Notes: generated by a model from the sequence alone, not told the origin. Positions 42,360-52,822 are shown, counted from the stretch's first letter. The stretch is 64,000 bases of DNA from an uncultured Chthonomonadaceae bacterium (GCA_963835065.1 CAWIEK010000050.1:181382-245381), one strand, 5' to 3'. Numbers and translations: made by a program.

Positions 42360-42473
42360 GTAGGGTTCTAGGGTTTTAGGGTTTTAGGGGAGCAAGATTA
42401 TGGAAGGCTATTCTGCTCCATACGTTTATGAAAGTCGAAGGCATTACTCCTACAACCCTACAACCCTACAACC
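42360..42473. repeat. Inverted octamer repeat (TTTTAGGG)n / (CCCTACAA)n
   Basis: Read directly; the right arm overlaps the isochorismatase stop codon. Confidence 0.85.
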
Positions 42474-43219
42474 TCTTCACTCGTAACACTCGGACACCAG
42501 TACCGCTCGATGTGTTCGATGACCAGTTCCGTGCCGCGTTCGTGGGTGACATAGGGGGCGGAACGGGGATTGTACAGCGCGTCGGTCAGGTCGCGCATCA
42601 AGGCTGTGTTCAGTCCCAGTTTTACCAGCCGCCGGATCGCAAACGAGCGGCCCAGGACGCACATATTGGTATGAACGCCCATGACAATCGCGTTCTGAAT
42701 GTCGTATTGGCGGAGCAGATAAAATACTTCCTGCCCGTTGTCGCTGATGGCGTCTTCTGCGGCGATTTCAAGCGCGGGATGCTGGCGCGTCCATGCTTTG
42801 TACGGCGGGCAGGCGGGCAGGTCGTCGCAGCCGTTGTCAGAATCGTCAATGGGCAGGGGCGGTTCGCGGGAAGGATCGAGTTTCTGCCACGTTTGTATAT
42901 CTTCAGGAGCGGGAACGGGCGGGGCATTTTGGGCGCGCTGGCGCTGCGGGGTATCCGCATAAAAATCCATCGTGTCGCTCGGCGCATGGAGGATCAGCGC
43001 GCCCCGGCTTCGGAGTTCGCGCAACACAAGGTTCATGCGCGGCGCCAGTTCGTCCACGCGATTGGACGCGCTTATACACCAATGCTTGTCCCACATATCG
43101 CACACGATGATTGCCGTTTCAGACGCCTTCCATTCGGCTGCTGTTTCCACGATTTCAAGCGCGTCGCTGCCCGGCGCAGTTTCGCGCCGCGAACGCAACT
43201 TCAGTGACAAGTTCGTCAT
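42458..43219 (-). CDS. Isochorismatase/cysteine hydrolase family protein
   Basis: AIIVCDMW, GVHTNMCV. Confidence 0.85.
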   Translation of the reverse strand: MTNLSLKLRSRRETAPGSDALEIVETAAEWKASETAIIVCDMWDKHWCISASNRVDELAPRMNLVLRELRSRGALILHAPSDTMDFYADTPQRQRAQNAPPVPAPEDIQTWQKLDPSREPPLPIDDSDNGCDDLPACPPYKAWTRQHPALEIAAEDAISDNGQEVFYLLRQYDIQNAIVMGVHTNMCVLGRSFAIRRLVKLGLNTALMRDLTDALYNPRSAPYVTHERGTELVIEHIERYWCPSVTSEEVVGL

Positions 43220-43430
43220 TCCGGTTTGCCTTTCGCGTAAACGAATAAAGGGCTGACCAAGAGCAAGCAGGATTGGGCAGACGATGCAGGCAGGACTATG
43301 CAAGCCGTTTACCGAAATAAACGCGCGGCCTTTGCTTTACCTGCGGCTAACTCTCGCCGCTAAGTTCGCAATCAGGATGGCATTTCCCTGCGCGAAATCG
43401 CATGAAACGGCAGTTATTGAAGGTAAATTT

Positions 43431-44513
43431 ATGTTTGCGGAACAGGCTGGAAGCGTTTTGTTGCAGAAACCGTTGCAAAAATCGGAGGGACTGTCGCGTT
43501 ATGCTCTGCTGCTTGGGGGAATCCTTGCGGTGGGGTCGTCGGGCCTGCTCGCGCGCATGGGATTGGGCGGCGGCATGGATGCGCTGCAACTGGCCTTGTG
43601 GCGATTGACGGTTGCCGGCGGGCTGCTGCTGCTCTGGCAGGCGATTGGGTGGCGATGGATTGGCCGGCATCGGCTGCGTACAGGCCAACGAAAAACAGGC
43701 GTTACGCGTAGTCTGGAGGAAACCAACATTGCAGCGCCGGCTAAAAGCGCTATGCCGCGCCGTGAACAAGCGCGGTTGGTTATCGCGGGCGCGTGTCTCG
43801 CGTTTCACTTTGTGACGTGGTTTGCTTCGCTGAACTATGTGCCGATAGCGCGTTCCACGCTGCTGGTGACGACCTCGCCCCTGTGGGCGGGGCTGCTCGG
43901 CTGGTTTATTCCCGGCCTGCGCGTGGGGCGTGGGTTTTGGAGCGGGCTGGCAATCGCGATTGCGGGCGGCTTTCTGGTGACAACGCAGGGCGCGGCACAG
44001 CACGGGCAAACGGCGTTTCCGGTTGGCGGCGCGTGGAAAGGGGATATGCTGGCAATGACCGGCGGGCTGCTCATTGTGCCGTACCTGCTGCTCGTGCAGC
44101 GCGCACAGGCCGCGTTCGGCACGCTGCGGGCAGTGACATGGGCGTATAGCTGCGCCGCCGCTTGCCTGTGGCTGGTCGCGCTGCCGCAGGGACACTGGCG
44201 ACTGCCGCCGACACTGCCCGCGTGGGCGTCCGTCCTGGGGATGGCGCTGGTTCCGCAACTGCTCGGACATACCGCCCTGAACCGCTCCCTCCGCCACTTT
44301 TCCGCAAGCCAGGTTTCTACCGCAACCCTGCTGGAACCGGTTTTTGCCGGGATACTGGCATGGCTGCTGCTTGGCGAAACCATCACAGGCGGGCAAATGG
44401 CGGGAGCCACGCTGCTGCTATGCGGCGTGGCCCAAACCCTGCGCGTCAGGGGAACACCCGCCGATACGCCCGCATCTCACGCGGCAAATTCACCACTGGA
44501 ACACAGCGAATGA
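43431..44513 (+). CDS. DMT/EamA family transporter
   Basis: About 10 TM segments; HF..WF.SL, GHT..N, LLEPV.A. Confidence 0.88.
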   Translation: MFAEQAGSVLLQKPLQKSEGLSRYALLLGGILAVGSSGLLARMGLGGGMDALQLALWRLTVAGGLLLLWQAIGWRWIGRHRLRTGQRKTGVTRSLEETNIAAPAKSAMPRREQARLVIAGACLAFHFVTWFASLNYVPIARSTLLVTTSPLWAGLLGWFIPGLRVGRGFWSGLAIAIAGGFLVTTQGAAQHGQTAFPVGGAWKGDMLAMTGGLLIVPYLLLVQRAQAAFGTLRAVTWAYSCAAACLWLVALPQGHWRLPPTLPAWASVLGMALVPQLLGHTALNRSLRHFSASQVSTATLLEPVFAGILAWLLLGETITGGQMAGATLLLCGVAQTLRVRGTPADTPASHAANSPLEHSE

Positions 44514-44601
44514 GCCTGAAACGCAAGCAGTATAGCCTTTTCCGGTATCTCCCGTCTTCTGCCTTGTATCTAATGCCTAATGCCTAATGCCTAATATCTC
44601 C

Positions 44602-45801
44602 CTACGGATTCGGGGCTTCATTGTCCGGACTCGGCTGACGGAACACCATCATCGGGCGTTCGGTCAGGCTGCCGCTCATGGTTTGTGTGGAGCCGTTACG
44701 CCAGATGTCCAGGCGCAGCGCATCGCCGACTTTCAGGCTAGGAATCAACGCTTGCAGGTCTTCGGCGGCTTTCATCGGCTTGTCGTTGATTTTGAGAATG
44801 ATGTCGCCGGGGCGCATCCCCATCGTTGCCGCCGGGCTGCCGGGCTGTACGCGCCCGATAAGAATGCCGTCCGGCGCTCCCACCATGTTGAGCTGCTGCT
44901 TGCCTCTGTCCGTCAGCGTGCCGAACAAAGAAACGCCGAGCCAGGGGCGGATGACGTGGCCTTTGGCAATCAGCTGGCTGACGATTTCGCGCATGGTGTC
45001 GGAGGGAATGGCATAGCCTATGCCGATGCTGCCGCCCGTGTTGGAGCGAATGGCCGAGTTGATGCCAATCAGCCGGCCCTCAATGTCGGCAAGCGCGCCC
45101 CCGGAATTGCCGGGATTGATGGCCGCGTCCGTTTGTATCAGGCTGGCGTAGGAGGTTCCCGCGCCCGTCGCCTCGTTCTTGCGAATGGCGCTGACAATGC
45201 CCGCCGTGACCGTTGTACCGACCCGGAGTGGATCGCCTACGGCAACCACCCATTCCCCGACGCGCACCTTGTCCGAATCCGCGACAGTCGCGGCGGGGAG
45301 GTTTTTCGCCTCCACTTTTACGACGGCAAGATCGGATTGGGCGTCGGCTCCTAAAACGCGCCCTTCCAGTTCTTTGCCATCCTGAAGCGTGACGCTGATG
45401 TGGGTGGCGTTCTCAACAACGTGGTTGTTGGTGACGATAACGCCGTCCGCGCTGAGAATCACGCCCGACCCGGTTCCGCGTGGGAGTTGCTGAATGACCT
45501 CGCTCTGGCCGTACATATCCTCGTTGCCATAGCGGTAGCGGGGACGGTAGACCGTGTCAATAGTGACAACGGACGGCTCCATGCGCGCGGCGGCTTTGGC
45601 AATCGCGCCCGGATCGCTGATGGCGCGCGTGTCGGAATTGAACTGGAACGGGGTTGCCGTGCTGTCCGACAGGGGGCGCGCGGTGGCGGCGGCAACCGTC
45701 GTGACGGGCTGGCGAACGCGCAGCAGGCTGTACGTTATCAACATTCCCGCGCCGAACGTCGCCAGTAACAAAAGAAAAATCACTCCTGCTTTTCGGCCCA
45801 T
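44602..45801 (-). CDS. HtrA/DegP-like serine protease with one PDZ domain
   Basis: TNNHVV, DLAV, TDAAINPGNSGG, C-terminal PDZ. Confidence 0.95.
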   Translation of the reverse strand: MGRKAGVIFLLLLATFGAGMLITYSLLRVRQPVTTVAAATARPLSDSTATPFQFNSDTRAISDPGAIAKAAARMEPSVVTIDTVYRPRYRYGNEDMYGQSEVIQQLPRGTGSGVILSADGVIVTNNHVVENATHISVTLQDGKELEGRVLGADAQSDLAVVKVEAKNLPAATVADSDKVRVGEWVVAVGDPLRVGTTVTAGIVSAIRKNEATGAGTSYASLIQTDAAINPGNSGGALADIEGRLIGINSAIRSNTGGSIGIGYAIPSDTMREIVSQLIAKGHVIRPWLGVSLFGTLTDRGKQQLNMVGAPDGILIGRVQPGSPAATMGMRPGDIILKINDKPMKAAEDLQALIPSLKVGDALRLDIWRNGSTQTMSGSLTERPMMVFRQPSPDNEAPNP

Positions 45802-45901
45802 ATCTCTTCCTCTCAATAATTAAAAGTGCGTGTTCCCATCGTAGAGGGTACATTACGAAATACGGACGCCGCGAAAACTCTGTTTCGGTTTGTGGCTGGA
45901 T

Positions 45902-48085
45902 TTATTCCTTTGGCTTAGGAATTTGCTGTGATTTCTGTTGCGCGGCTTCCTTTTTCGCGTACAGACGCTTCCATGCCCAAGCAAGTTCCTGTTTTGCGGC
46001 GGCGAACAGGGCGCGGAGCAGGGCAAGAACGGGCGGCCCATCGCTGAAAGCGGCGGCAATCGCGTATAAAGCGCGGGGCGAAAAATGGGAACTGTTGGCA
46101 ATCGCGTACAAAGGCTCCCAGGTATCCGGCTTGAATTTGGCTTTGAAGGCGTCCAACCCCTCGAAGTTGTAAAAGCGCGTTCCATGCGCCCGCGCCCAGG
46201 CCAGCGTCACGCGCAGCCAGGCCGGGGTTGCGCCGGCGGGCATCGGCGCGCGCTGCGAAAGCGGAGCCAGGCCAAGCGTGACATACGTAAAGCCGTCCGC
46301 TTCCAGATGGCGCATCATCGCGTCAATCAGCAGTTCCGCCGTGCCGTTGGGCGCGGCGTTGCCCCGGACAATCTGCTCGACAAGCCAGCCGTTGCGGTCA
46401 GGAACGGGCGACGCGATCAGAAACCCGACCACTTTGCCGCGCTGTTTGCTTTGCTGATTACTTTGCCGATTACCCTGCTGTTCGCCATTTTGTTTGTTTT
46501 CCGGCTTTGCTTTCTGCTTTACCTCCGGCTGTTCTTCCTGCGCGGCGACAAACACGCGGCGATCCGCCAGCCGGTCCAGCGTAACGGCTTCAGTGAGAAA
46601 ATGCAGGGGCGGGAGCAGGCGGGCGGTTGTCCACTCTTCCAGGCAGGCTTGAAGTTCCGGGTGGTTACACGCGCGCTCCCGGCTCCATTCCTCAACAAAC
46701 ACACCCTTGTTACGCGCCCGGTTCAATTGCGAACGCAGGGAACTGTGCTTTTGGAGGATGGCGGGCCAGTTTGCCGGGTTCCAGATGGGCTGCGCGCCGA
46801 TGGGAAGGGCGGCATGGGGCTGAGTCAATTCGCGCAGGGCGGTTTGCAGGCGTTGCGCCGCGCCGAAAAAGCAGACGGTTTCGCCTGCCTGCGCCGCTTC
46901 GCGCTCAAATTCTTCAACGACTGTTTTCAATCTTTCCTGCGGGCAGACAGGCGCTCCGGCAACAACGCGCACCTTTGTTTTGGGCATATATCCAATTACC
47001 GCGTCTCCCTCCCGTGCAAACCAGTATTCCATGCCCGGCGTGAGTATCTGATAGGACATGGCGTTCCAGCCATAGCGCAGTACCAACTCGCGCGCCCGCG
47101 CCTGCACACCCGAAGCAGTAACAGCGGAACAGGAAGAAAGAGAAGTCGGCGCTTGCGCCTGTTGTTGGCAAAGATGAATGGCATCTACAACGGCTTGCGG
47201 GCGGGTTTGCGGCAGTTCATGGCCCGTGTGGGGCAGAACCGTCAGCGTGGAATGGGGCAGGGCGGCGTGTAAGCGGTACGCATGTTCCTGCGCCGACACG
47301 ATCTCATCGCTATCGCCCGTGACAATGACAACAGGAATTGGTATTTGCGCGTAACGCGGACTGAGCGCGCGCATCACGGGACGGTCCAGCAGGTTTTCGC
47401 GCGCAAACGTTTGGGCTTGCGCGGGGCGGCGCTGCCACAGCGCGGACGCCTGGCGGGCATAGTCGGGAGGAACCGGGTCGGGCGCAAACGCCGTCCGTAG
47501 ATTCTGGCGCAGGTAATGCCCCTTGACGACAAGCAGTAGCGTGGCGACAGCAAGCGGGCCAAGCAGGGGAATAGCCGGAATACGAAGCAGCCATAGAGGG
47601 AGTGTTTCAGGCGCGTACACCCATCCGCCGAGCAGGGTCAATCCCGCCACTTCCTGCGGATACATCAGGGCATACGCCAACATCAGCGTTCCGCTCCATG
47701 AGTGGCCTACCAAAAGGGGGCGCGACACGCCCATTTGCAGCAGCGCGTCGTGAATAAGCGCCGCCTGCGCATCCGGGGCACAATCGGAAGCGCGGGGCGC
47801 ATCGCTGTAGCCGTGTCCCGGACGGTCAAAGGCAATCACATCATACTGCCCTGCCAGCAGTTCTATAACCGCCTTAAAGTCCTGCCAGAACCCTTCGCTG
47901 CCGTGCAGCAGCACAACCGACGGCCCGCTTCCCTGTCGCACATAGTGCAGGCGCAGGCCGTTCACAACAACAAACTGCCCGGCAGACGGATAGGACTGTT
48001 CCGCCCGGTACGCCCGCCAACAGGTAAGCGCGTACAGACCGGATAGAACCCCAATCAACAGCAAAGCAAGCGTCAGAAGCATCAT
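45902..48085 (-). CDS. Fusion of an alpha/beta hydrolase and a DUF2156 (MprF/aaPGS C-terminal) domain
   Basis: LHG, DRPGHG, GHSWSG, GD.D, GH; then AGAPV, RGNAAPNGTAELL, LGLAPL and FYNFEGL.AFKAKF.P.WEP.Y. Confidence 0.88.
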   Translation of the reverse strand: MMLLTLALLLIGVLSGLYALTCWRAYRAEQSYPSAGQFVVVNGLRLHYVRQGSGPSVVLLHGSEGFWQDFKAVIELLAGQYDVIAFDRPGHGYSDAPRASDCAPDAQAALIHDALLQMGVSRPLLVGHSWSGTLMLAYALMYPQEVAGLTLLGGWVYAPETLPLWLLRIPAIPLLGPLAVATLLLVVKGHYLRQNLRTAFAPDPVPPDYARQASALWQRRPAQAQTFARENLLDRPVMRALSPRYAQIPIPVVIVTGDSDEIVSAQEHAYRLHAALPHSTLTVLPHTGHELPQTRPQAVVDAIHLCQQQAQAPTSLSSCSAVTASGVQARARELVLRYGWNAMSYQILTPGMEYWFAREGDAVIGYMPKTKVRVVAGAPVCPQERLKTVVEEFEREAAQAGETVCFFGAAQRLQTALRELTQPHAALPIGAQPIWNPANWPAILQKHSSLRSQLNRARNKGVFVEEWSRERACNHPELQACLEEWTTARLLPPLHFLTEAVTLDRLADRRVFVAAQEEQPEVKQKAKPENKQNGEQQGNRQSNQQSKQRGKVVGFLIASPVPDRNGWLVEQIVRGNAAPNGTAELLIDAMMRHLEADGFTYVTLGLAPLSQRAPMPAGATPAWLRVTLAWARAHGTRFYNFEGLDAFKAKFKPDTWEPLYAIANSSHFSPRALYAIAAAFSDGPPVLALLRALFAAAKQELAWAWKRLYAKKEAAQQKSQQIPKPKE

Positions 48086-48115
48086 GCCCTGCTATACGCA
48101 TTTCCCGCTGCGGTA

Positions 48116-48913
48116 TTACAAGTGAATTGTCTTTGTCAGAAAATCGAAACTGGAGCGCAGGCAATCAAAAGGGTCACGGCGGCAAACGTCCTGCTCTACG
48201 GCGTATACCTCCACGCCCGCGCTTGCGCAGGCGGGTAGAATGTGTTCCCAATCCAGATTGCCCTCACCGATAGCCGCCATGACCGGCCCGTCCTTAGCAA
48301 CCACTTCCTTGTCTTTGATGTGTATAATAGGTACGCGCCCCGCGCAGCGCTCAAACAGGCGTTCGGGGCTGACGCCCGCGTGATCCACCCAATACACGTC
48401 TATTTCCAGCAGAAAGTCCGCGCCGCCCTCATCAACAAAAATGTCGTAGCAGGTTTGCCGACCATTGCCGGTACGCATAAACTCAAAATCGTGGTTGTGG
48501 TAGCCCCAGCGAATCCCGGCGGCTTTCAGGGCGGCGATCACAGGAACCGCGTCCTGCGCAAACTGCCGGTAGCCGCTTGCGCCCTGCTCTTTGTAGCGTC
48601 CGGGCAGGCTGCCGATGGCCGTGTAATCGCAGCCGAGCGCGTGGTGGAAGGCGATTTCGGCTTCGATATGGTGTAACAGGTCTTCCCAATTGCGGTGCGT
48701 GGCGATGCAGCGCAGGCCATTGTCGTCCAGCATCCTGCGCGCCTGCGTTGCCGAAACTTCCGGCGCGTCGCTTCCCATCGCCCCTATCGCGGAAAGCTGC
48801 ACCGCCTCATAGCCTATCGCGCGCAGTTTTTCCAGACTCCGCGCCAAATCCGCCGCAGTTTTGGTATAATCACGAATAGTATACATCTGCGCCGCCAATT
48901 GTGATGCCAGCAT
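48116..48913 (-). CDS. Sugar phosphate isomerase/epimerase
   Basis: Q.YTIRD, YHNH, EID.YW, HIKD, VEQD. Confidence 0.9.
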   Translation of the reverse strand: MLASQLAAQMYTIRDYTKTAADLARSLEKLRAIGYEAVQLSAIGAMGSDAPEVSATQARRMLDDNGLRCIATHRNWEDLLHHIEAEIAFHHALGCDYTAIGSLPGRYKEQGASGYRQFAQDAVPVIAALKAAGIRWGYHNHDFEFMRTGNGRQTCYDIFVDEGGADFLLEIDVYWVDHAGVSPERLFERCAGRVPIIHIKDKEVVAKDGPVMAAIGEGNLDWEHILPACASAGVEVYAVEQDVCRRDPFDCLRSSFDFLTKTIHL

Positions 48914-48929
48914 GTTATCCTCCGAGGTT

Positions 48930-49061
48930 TAAGATAAGAGATAAGAGATATGAGATAAGAGAAGGGATGCCATATTGCGGCTTCTATCTTCAATGCTGAC
49001 GACAATGTAGCTGTCCAATGCCTCATATCTCACATCTTATATCTCTTATCTCTTATCTCTT
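48930..49061. repeat. Inverted heptamer repeat (AGATAAG)n / (CTTATCT)n between divergent genes
   Basis: Read directly. Confidence 0.85.
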
Positions 49062-49080
49062 GCCTGACAAGGAGACCCCA

Positions 49081-49641
49081 ATGGTACAGCGCGCCGGGCG
49101 CGTCACCTGCCCCAAATGCGGAGCCAACAACTTTGATACGGTTACGACGTGCTACCGTTGCAATGCGTCCCTGATAAGCGGTTCACAGCCGTCCGGGGGA
49201 GGGCAGGGCGGCATTGCGACTGCGCCCGAACGGGGAGGCAGGCCGGTTCCCATGAACGCGCCTCTGCCGCCTGCCATGAACGCGCCGGGACAAGCGCCCA
49301 TGATGCCTCCTGCCCCGGCGTACATGCCGGATTATGGCGGGGGCGGGGGTGGCGATCCGGGCGTGGCGCGGCGGGCGGCGGTGATGCTCGCCCTGACCAT
49401 TCCGTGGATCGGCCTGCCCGTCGGCTGGACGTTTATGATGATGGAGGATCGCAAGCGGCAGGCGATTGGGCGGTACTGCGTCAACTGGAGCCTGATTGCG
49501 CTCGTATTCCACCTGCTGCTGTCGTTCGTGTTCGTGCAGTCCCTCAGTTCGTATTTGCCCATGATTTTAGGCATGACCAAAGCCTTGCAGCAGAAACAAA
49601 GCGCCCCGCAGCCGGATATGGGCGGAACGGGCTTGCCATAG
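49081..49641 (+). CDS. Zinc-ribbon, Pro-rich membrane protein
   Basis: CPKC...CYRC, two TM helices; AGGAG RBS. Confidence 0.75.
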   Translation: MVQRAGRVTCPKCGANNFDTVTTCYRCNASLISGSQPSGGGQGGIATAPERGGRPVPMNAPLPPAMNAPGQAPMMPPAPAYMPDYGGGGGGDPGVARRAAVMLALTIPWIGLPVGWTFMMMEDRKRQAIGRYCVNWSLIALVFHLLLSFVFVQSLSSYLPMILGMTKALQQKQSAPQPDMGGTGLP

Positions 49642-49642
49642 A

Positions 49643-49766
49643 TTCAGGTGTTCGGGTATTCAGGTGTTCGGGTATTTAGATGATAGCCTTGTTGCATTGG
49701 AGCAGGCTTCCAGCATTTTGCATTTCCTGAACACCTGAATACCCGAACACCTGAACACCGAATACC
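49643..49766. repeat. Inverted octamer repeat between convergent genes
   Basis: Same unit as 35268-35397. Confidence 0.9.
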
Positions 49767-49768
49767 GT

Positions 49769-51575
49769 CTATTTCCGCGCTTCCAGTTCTTCCCAACGGG
49801 CGTATAAAGCGGTGACTCGCCCCTGCGCGGCTTCCAATGCTTTGAGCGCGTCCTGCATTTTCAGATGGTCAGCGAACACGGTGGGATCGCTCAGGGCTTG
49901 CTGCCGCGCTTCTACGTCCGCTTCCGCCGCCATGATGGTGGCTTCCATGTTTGTCAGTTCTTTTTGCTCCGCCGTGTTCAGGCGGCGCAGTGGCGGCTCG
50001 TTCGGCTTTGCGCCTGTTGGGGGTTTTGCGCCCCCGGTTTTCGCTCCCGTTTCCGTTGACCGTGACTGCATCTGCTCCCACTGCGCATAATCCGCAAAAT
50101 ACGCCGCGCTTCCCCTGCCGTCCAGCGCCAGCAGTTCCCGCGAAACATTGTCGAGCATGTAGCGGTCGTGCGTGACCAGAATCAACGCGCCCTTGAACTC
50201 CTCCAGACTGTCTTCCAGCACTTCTAATGAAGGAATGTCCAGATCATTTGTCGGCTCATCCAGAATGAGAATGTCGGCGGGCTGAAGCATTAGATTGGCG
50301 ATTAAGATACGCGCCTGCTCGCCGCCCGATAACTGACTGACGGGCATATCCAACTGCTCCGGCTGGAACAAGAACCGCTTGGCCCACGTCGCAATATGCG
50401 TTTTGCCGCCCTGATACTCCACGTAATCGCTGTTGGACGACAGGGCATTGCGCAGCGACAGGCTTTTATCCAACTGCGCCCGGTTCTGGTCGAACAGCAC
50501 GATGCGCAGGCCGTCCGCGCGGCGCAACGTACCCGCGTCCGAAGTTCAGATTCCCGGTCAGCAGGCGCAGCAGGGTTGTTTTGCCCGAACCGTTCGCGCC
50601 AATCAATCCCAACTTCGTACCGGGCGACAGGGTAATGTCCACACCCGCAAACAACTGTCGCTGTCCGAGCGTTTTGGCGATGCCTTTGGCAACCAGCAGT
50701 TCGCGGGTTTTGCGTCCTGACGCGGTAAAATCAATGGCGACGGATTTGTCCTGCGCGTTGCGGTACTTCACTTCGGCCAGTTCGCCGATGAGTTGGTTGG
50801 CGGCGTCAATGCGGTACTGCGCTTTGGTTGTCCGCGCCTGCGCCCCCCGCCGCAGCCATTCGATTTCGCGCTTCACCTTGCCGGCAAGCGCGTGCTGCTG
50901 CTGCTGCTGCGCGGTCAGCATGTCCTCTTTTTCCATCAAGAACTGGCTGTAATTGCCCCGGATGCTGAGATAGCCTTCGGGGTACGCGCGGTTGAGTTCC
51001 ACAATGCGGTTGGTGGCGTTTTCCAGAAAGGTACGGTCGTGGCTGACGAGGACAAACGCGAACGGCGCGGTTTTGAGCAGGCTTTCCAGCCACAGAACGC
51101 CCTGCAAATCCAGATGGTTGGTCGGTTCGTCCAGCAAGAGGAGGTCGGGACGCTGCACAAGGGCGCGGGCAATGGCAAGCCGCTTTTTCCACCCGCCCGA
51201 CAGGGTCGTGACCGCCTGCTCGCCGTCCGCAAACCCGGTGGCGGCAAGAACGCGACTCCGTTCCGCGTCGCGCTCGTACTCTTCCATCGGCTGTGCTTGC
51301 AAAACCGCATTCAGCACATCATTGACAGTCAGGCCGTCCGGGAAGCGGTCTTCCTGCGCCAGATACACAAGCCGCAGATTGCGTCGGCGCGTCACGTCGC
51401 CCGCGTCCGGGTTGTCCTCGCCCGCCAGCAGGCGCAGCAGGGTGGATTTGCCCGAACCATTCGGCCCGATCAAGCCGAGTTTTTCGTCCGCTTCGATACC
51501 AAAGGTAATTTCGGTAAACAGGGGCCGCGCCCCAAACGATTTGGTCAAAGATTGACAGGAAACAAGAGGTGCCAT
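49769..51575 (-). CDS. uup: ABC-F family ATPase (Uup-like; apparent frameshift ~50545)
   Basis: Two ABC domains (GPNGSGKS, LSGGW, DEPTNH; GANGSGKT, LSGGE, DEPTND) and a C-terminal coiled coil. Confidence 0.88.
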
Positions 51576-51660
51576 AATACCCACAGTTTACCACACGGCA
51601 AGGGGCATAAGGGTAATAAAGCCCTGCAGGAAGCAGGGCAAACATATTGAACCCTGTGTG

Positions 51661-52752
51661 TCAGTCTTCTAACCCCAACAGGGCGCGCTGTTGTTCCGGC
51701 GGCACTTTGCCTTCCAGCCAGTCGAACAAACGCAGCAGCGCTTCGGCGCGTTCGTGGGCGGAAGGCCGAATAACCCTTGTCCGGCACACGGGGCGGTTGA
51801 TCTGCCAGTCTCCCTTGCGGCAGCACTCTTTTACGTAATCCCGGCCGCGCCGGGGCTGCCAGGTATGGCCTTCAAACGTGTTGTGCTGAAACGCCAGGTC
51901 CAGCAGCGTTTTCAGGTGGGGCGGGCAGAGCGGGCGATTGTCCGTATAGCCCGCGTAGCGGAAACCATTGTCATTGGGGTTCGGGGGTGGAAGGGCGTAG
52001 GTATCTATGGCCCACAACCCGCCATAGATACCTTCCATTTGGGAGATATACACAATAGCAATGTGGCCGTTGGCAAGCAGCGTGTCCTGATCGTCGTGGC
52101 AGTGGCAAATCCACGTCGTAACGCGCTCCAGTTCCGCTTCGGAGCCGCACAGGTAGAGGAGCGGCTTGTCAATCAACGCGGCCCGCGCCACAAGGGGGTC
52201 GGCAAAATGGGGCGCAATCTGTTCGTCCAGCACATGTCGGCAGAACGCTTCCCATCGCGCTTTGTGCCGAACAATCGGCGCGGTCAGAATGTCGCGCGTT
52301 GCGCGCAGGGCAAGTTCGGCGGGCTGCCAGGTGAATTCAATCGGTTCCTCATCAAGCCAATTGTCACAGTAAATGCCGCGAAAATAGCCCGTGCCGTCCG
52401 GGCGCAGATACAGGTACGCCCGCAGCCTGCCGTACCGCCCGCCGGGAGTGAACGCCACGAACCGCCCCCAGCGCCCTTTGCGAAACGCTTCCCGCACATC
52501 GCGCACAACGGCTTTCCGTTGCCGCTGCATCTCCCGCCGACTGTAATCGTTCGTGGAGAATCTTCGCCCATTCCGCAGTTCCGGGTCGTTTTCCAGAAAC
52601 CAGCACCAGGCTTCCGTGCCGCAATTCGCGGGACTGCATACCGCCTCCCACCCGCGAACGTCCAGCACCACATCAAACGCGCCAAACGCAACGGGCGCGC
52701 TCCCAAACCCCACATAATGAAAATCCCAAAAGCGGTTTTTTGCCTTTTTCAT
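51661..52752 (-). CDS. Hypothetical protein
   Basis: 363-aa ORF with GGAGG RBS; no family recognised. Confidence 0.75.
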   Translation of the reverse strand: MKKAKNRFWDFHYVGFGSAPVAFGAFDVVLDVRGWEAVCSPANCGTEAWCWFLENDPELRNGRRFSTNDYSRREMQRQRKAVVRDVREAFRKGRWGRFVAFTPGGRYGRLRAYLYLRPDGTGYFRGIYCDNWLDEEPIEFTWQPAELALRATRDILTAPIVRHKARWEAFCRHVLDEQIAPHFADPLVARAALIDKPLLYLCGSEAELERVTTWICHCHDDQDTLLANGHIAIVYISQMEGIYGGLWAIDTYALPPPNPNDNGFRYAGYTDNRPLCPPHLKTLLDLAFQHNTFEGHTWQPRRGRDYVKECCRKGDWQINRPVCRTRVIRPSAHERAEALLRLFDWLEGKVPPEQQRALLGLED

Positions 52753-52822
52753 GCTGGTTTGCTCCTCCGTTTATGGAGTGCTATTGTTGTTCATCATCGG
52801 ATGGCTTTTGGCGCGAAGGGGT

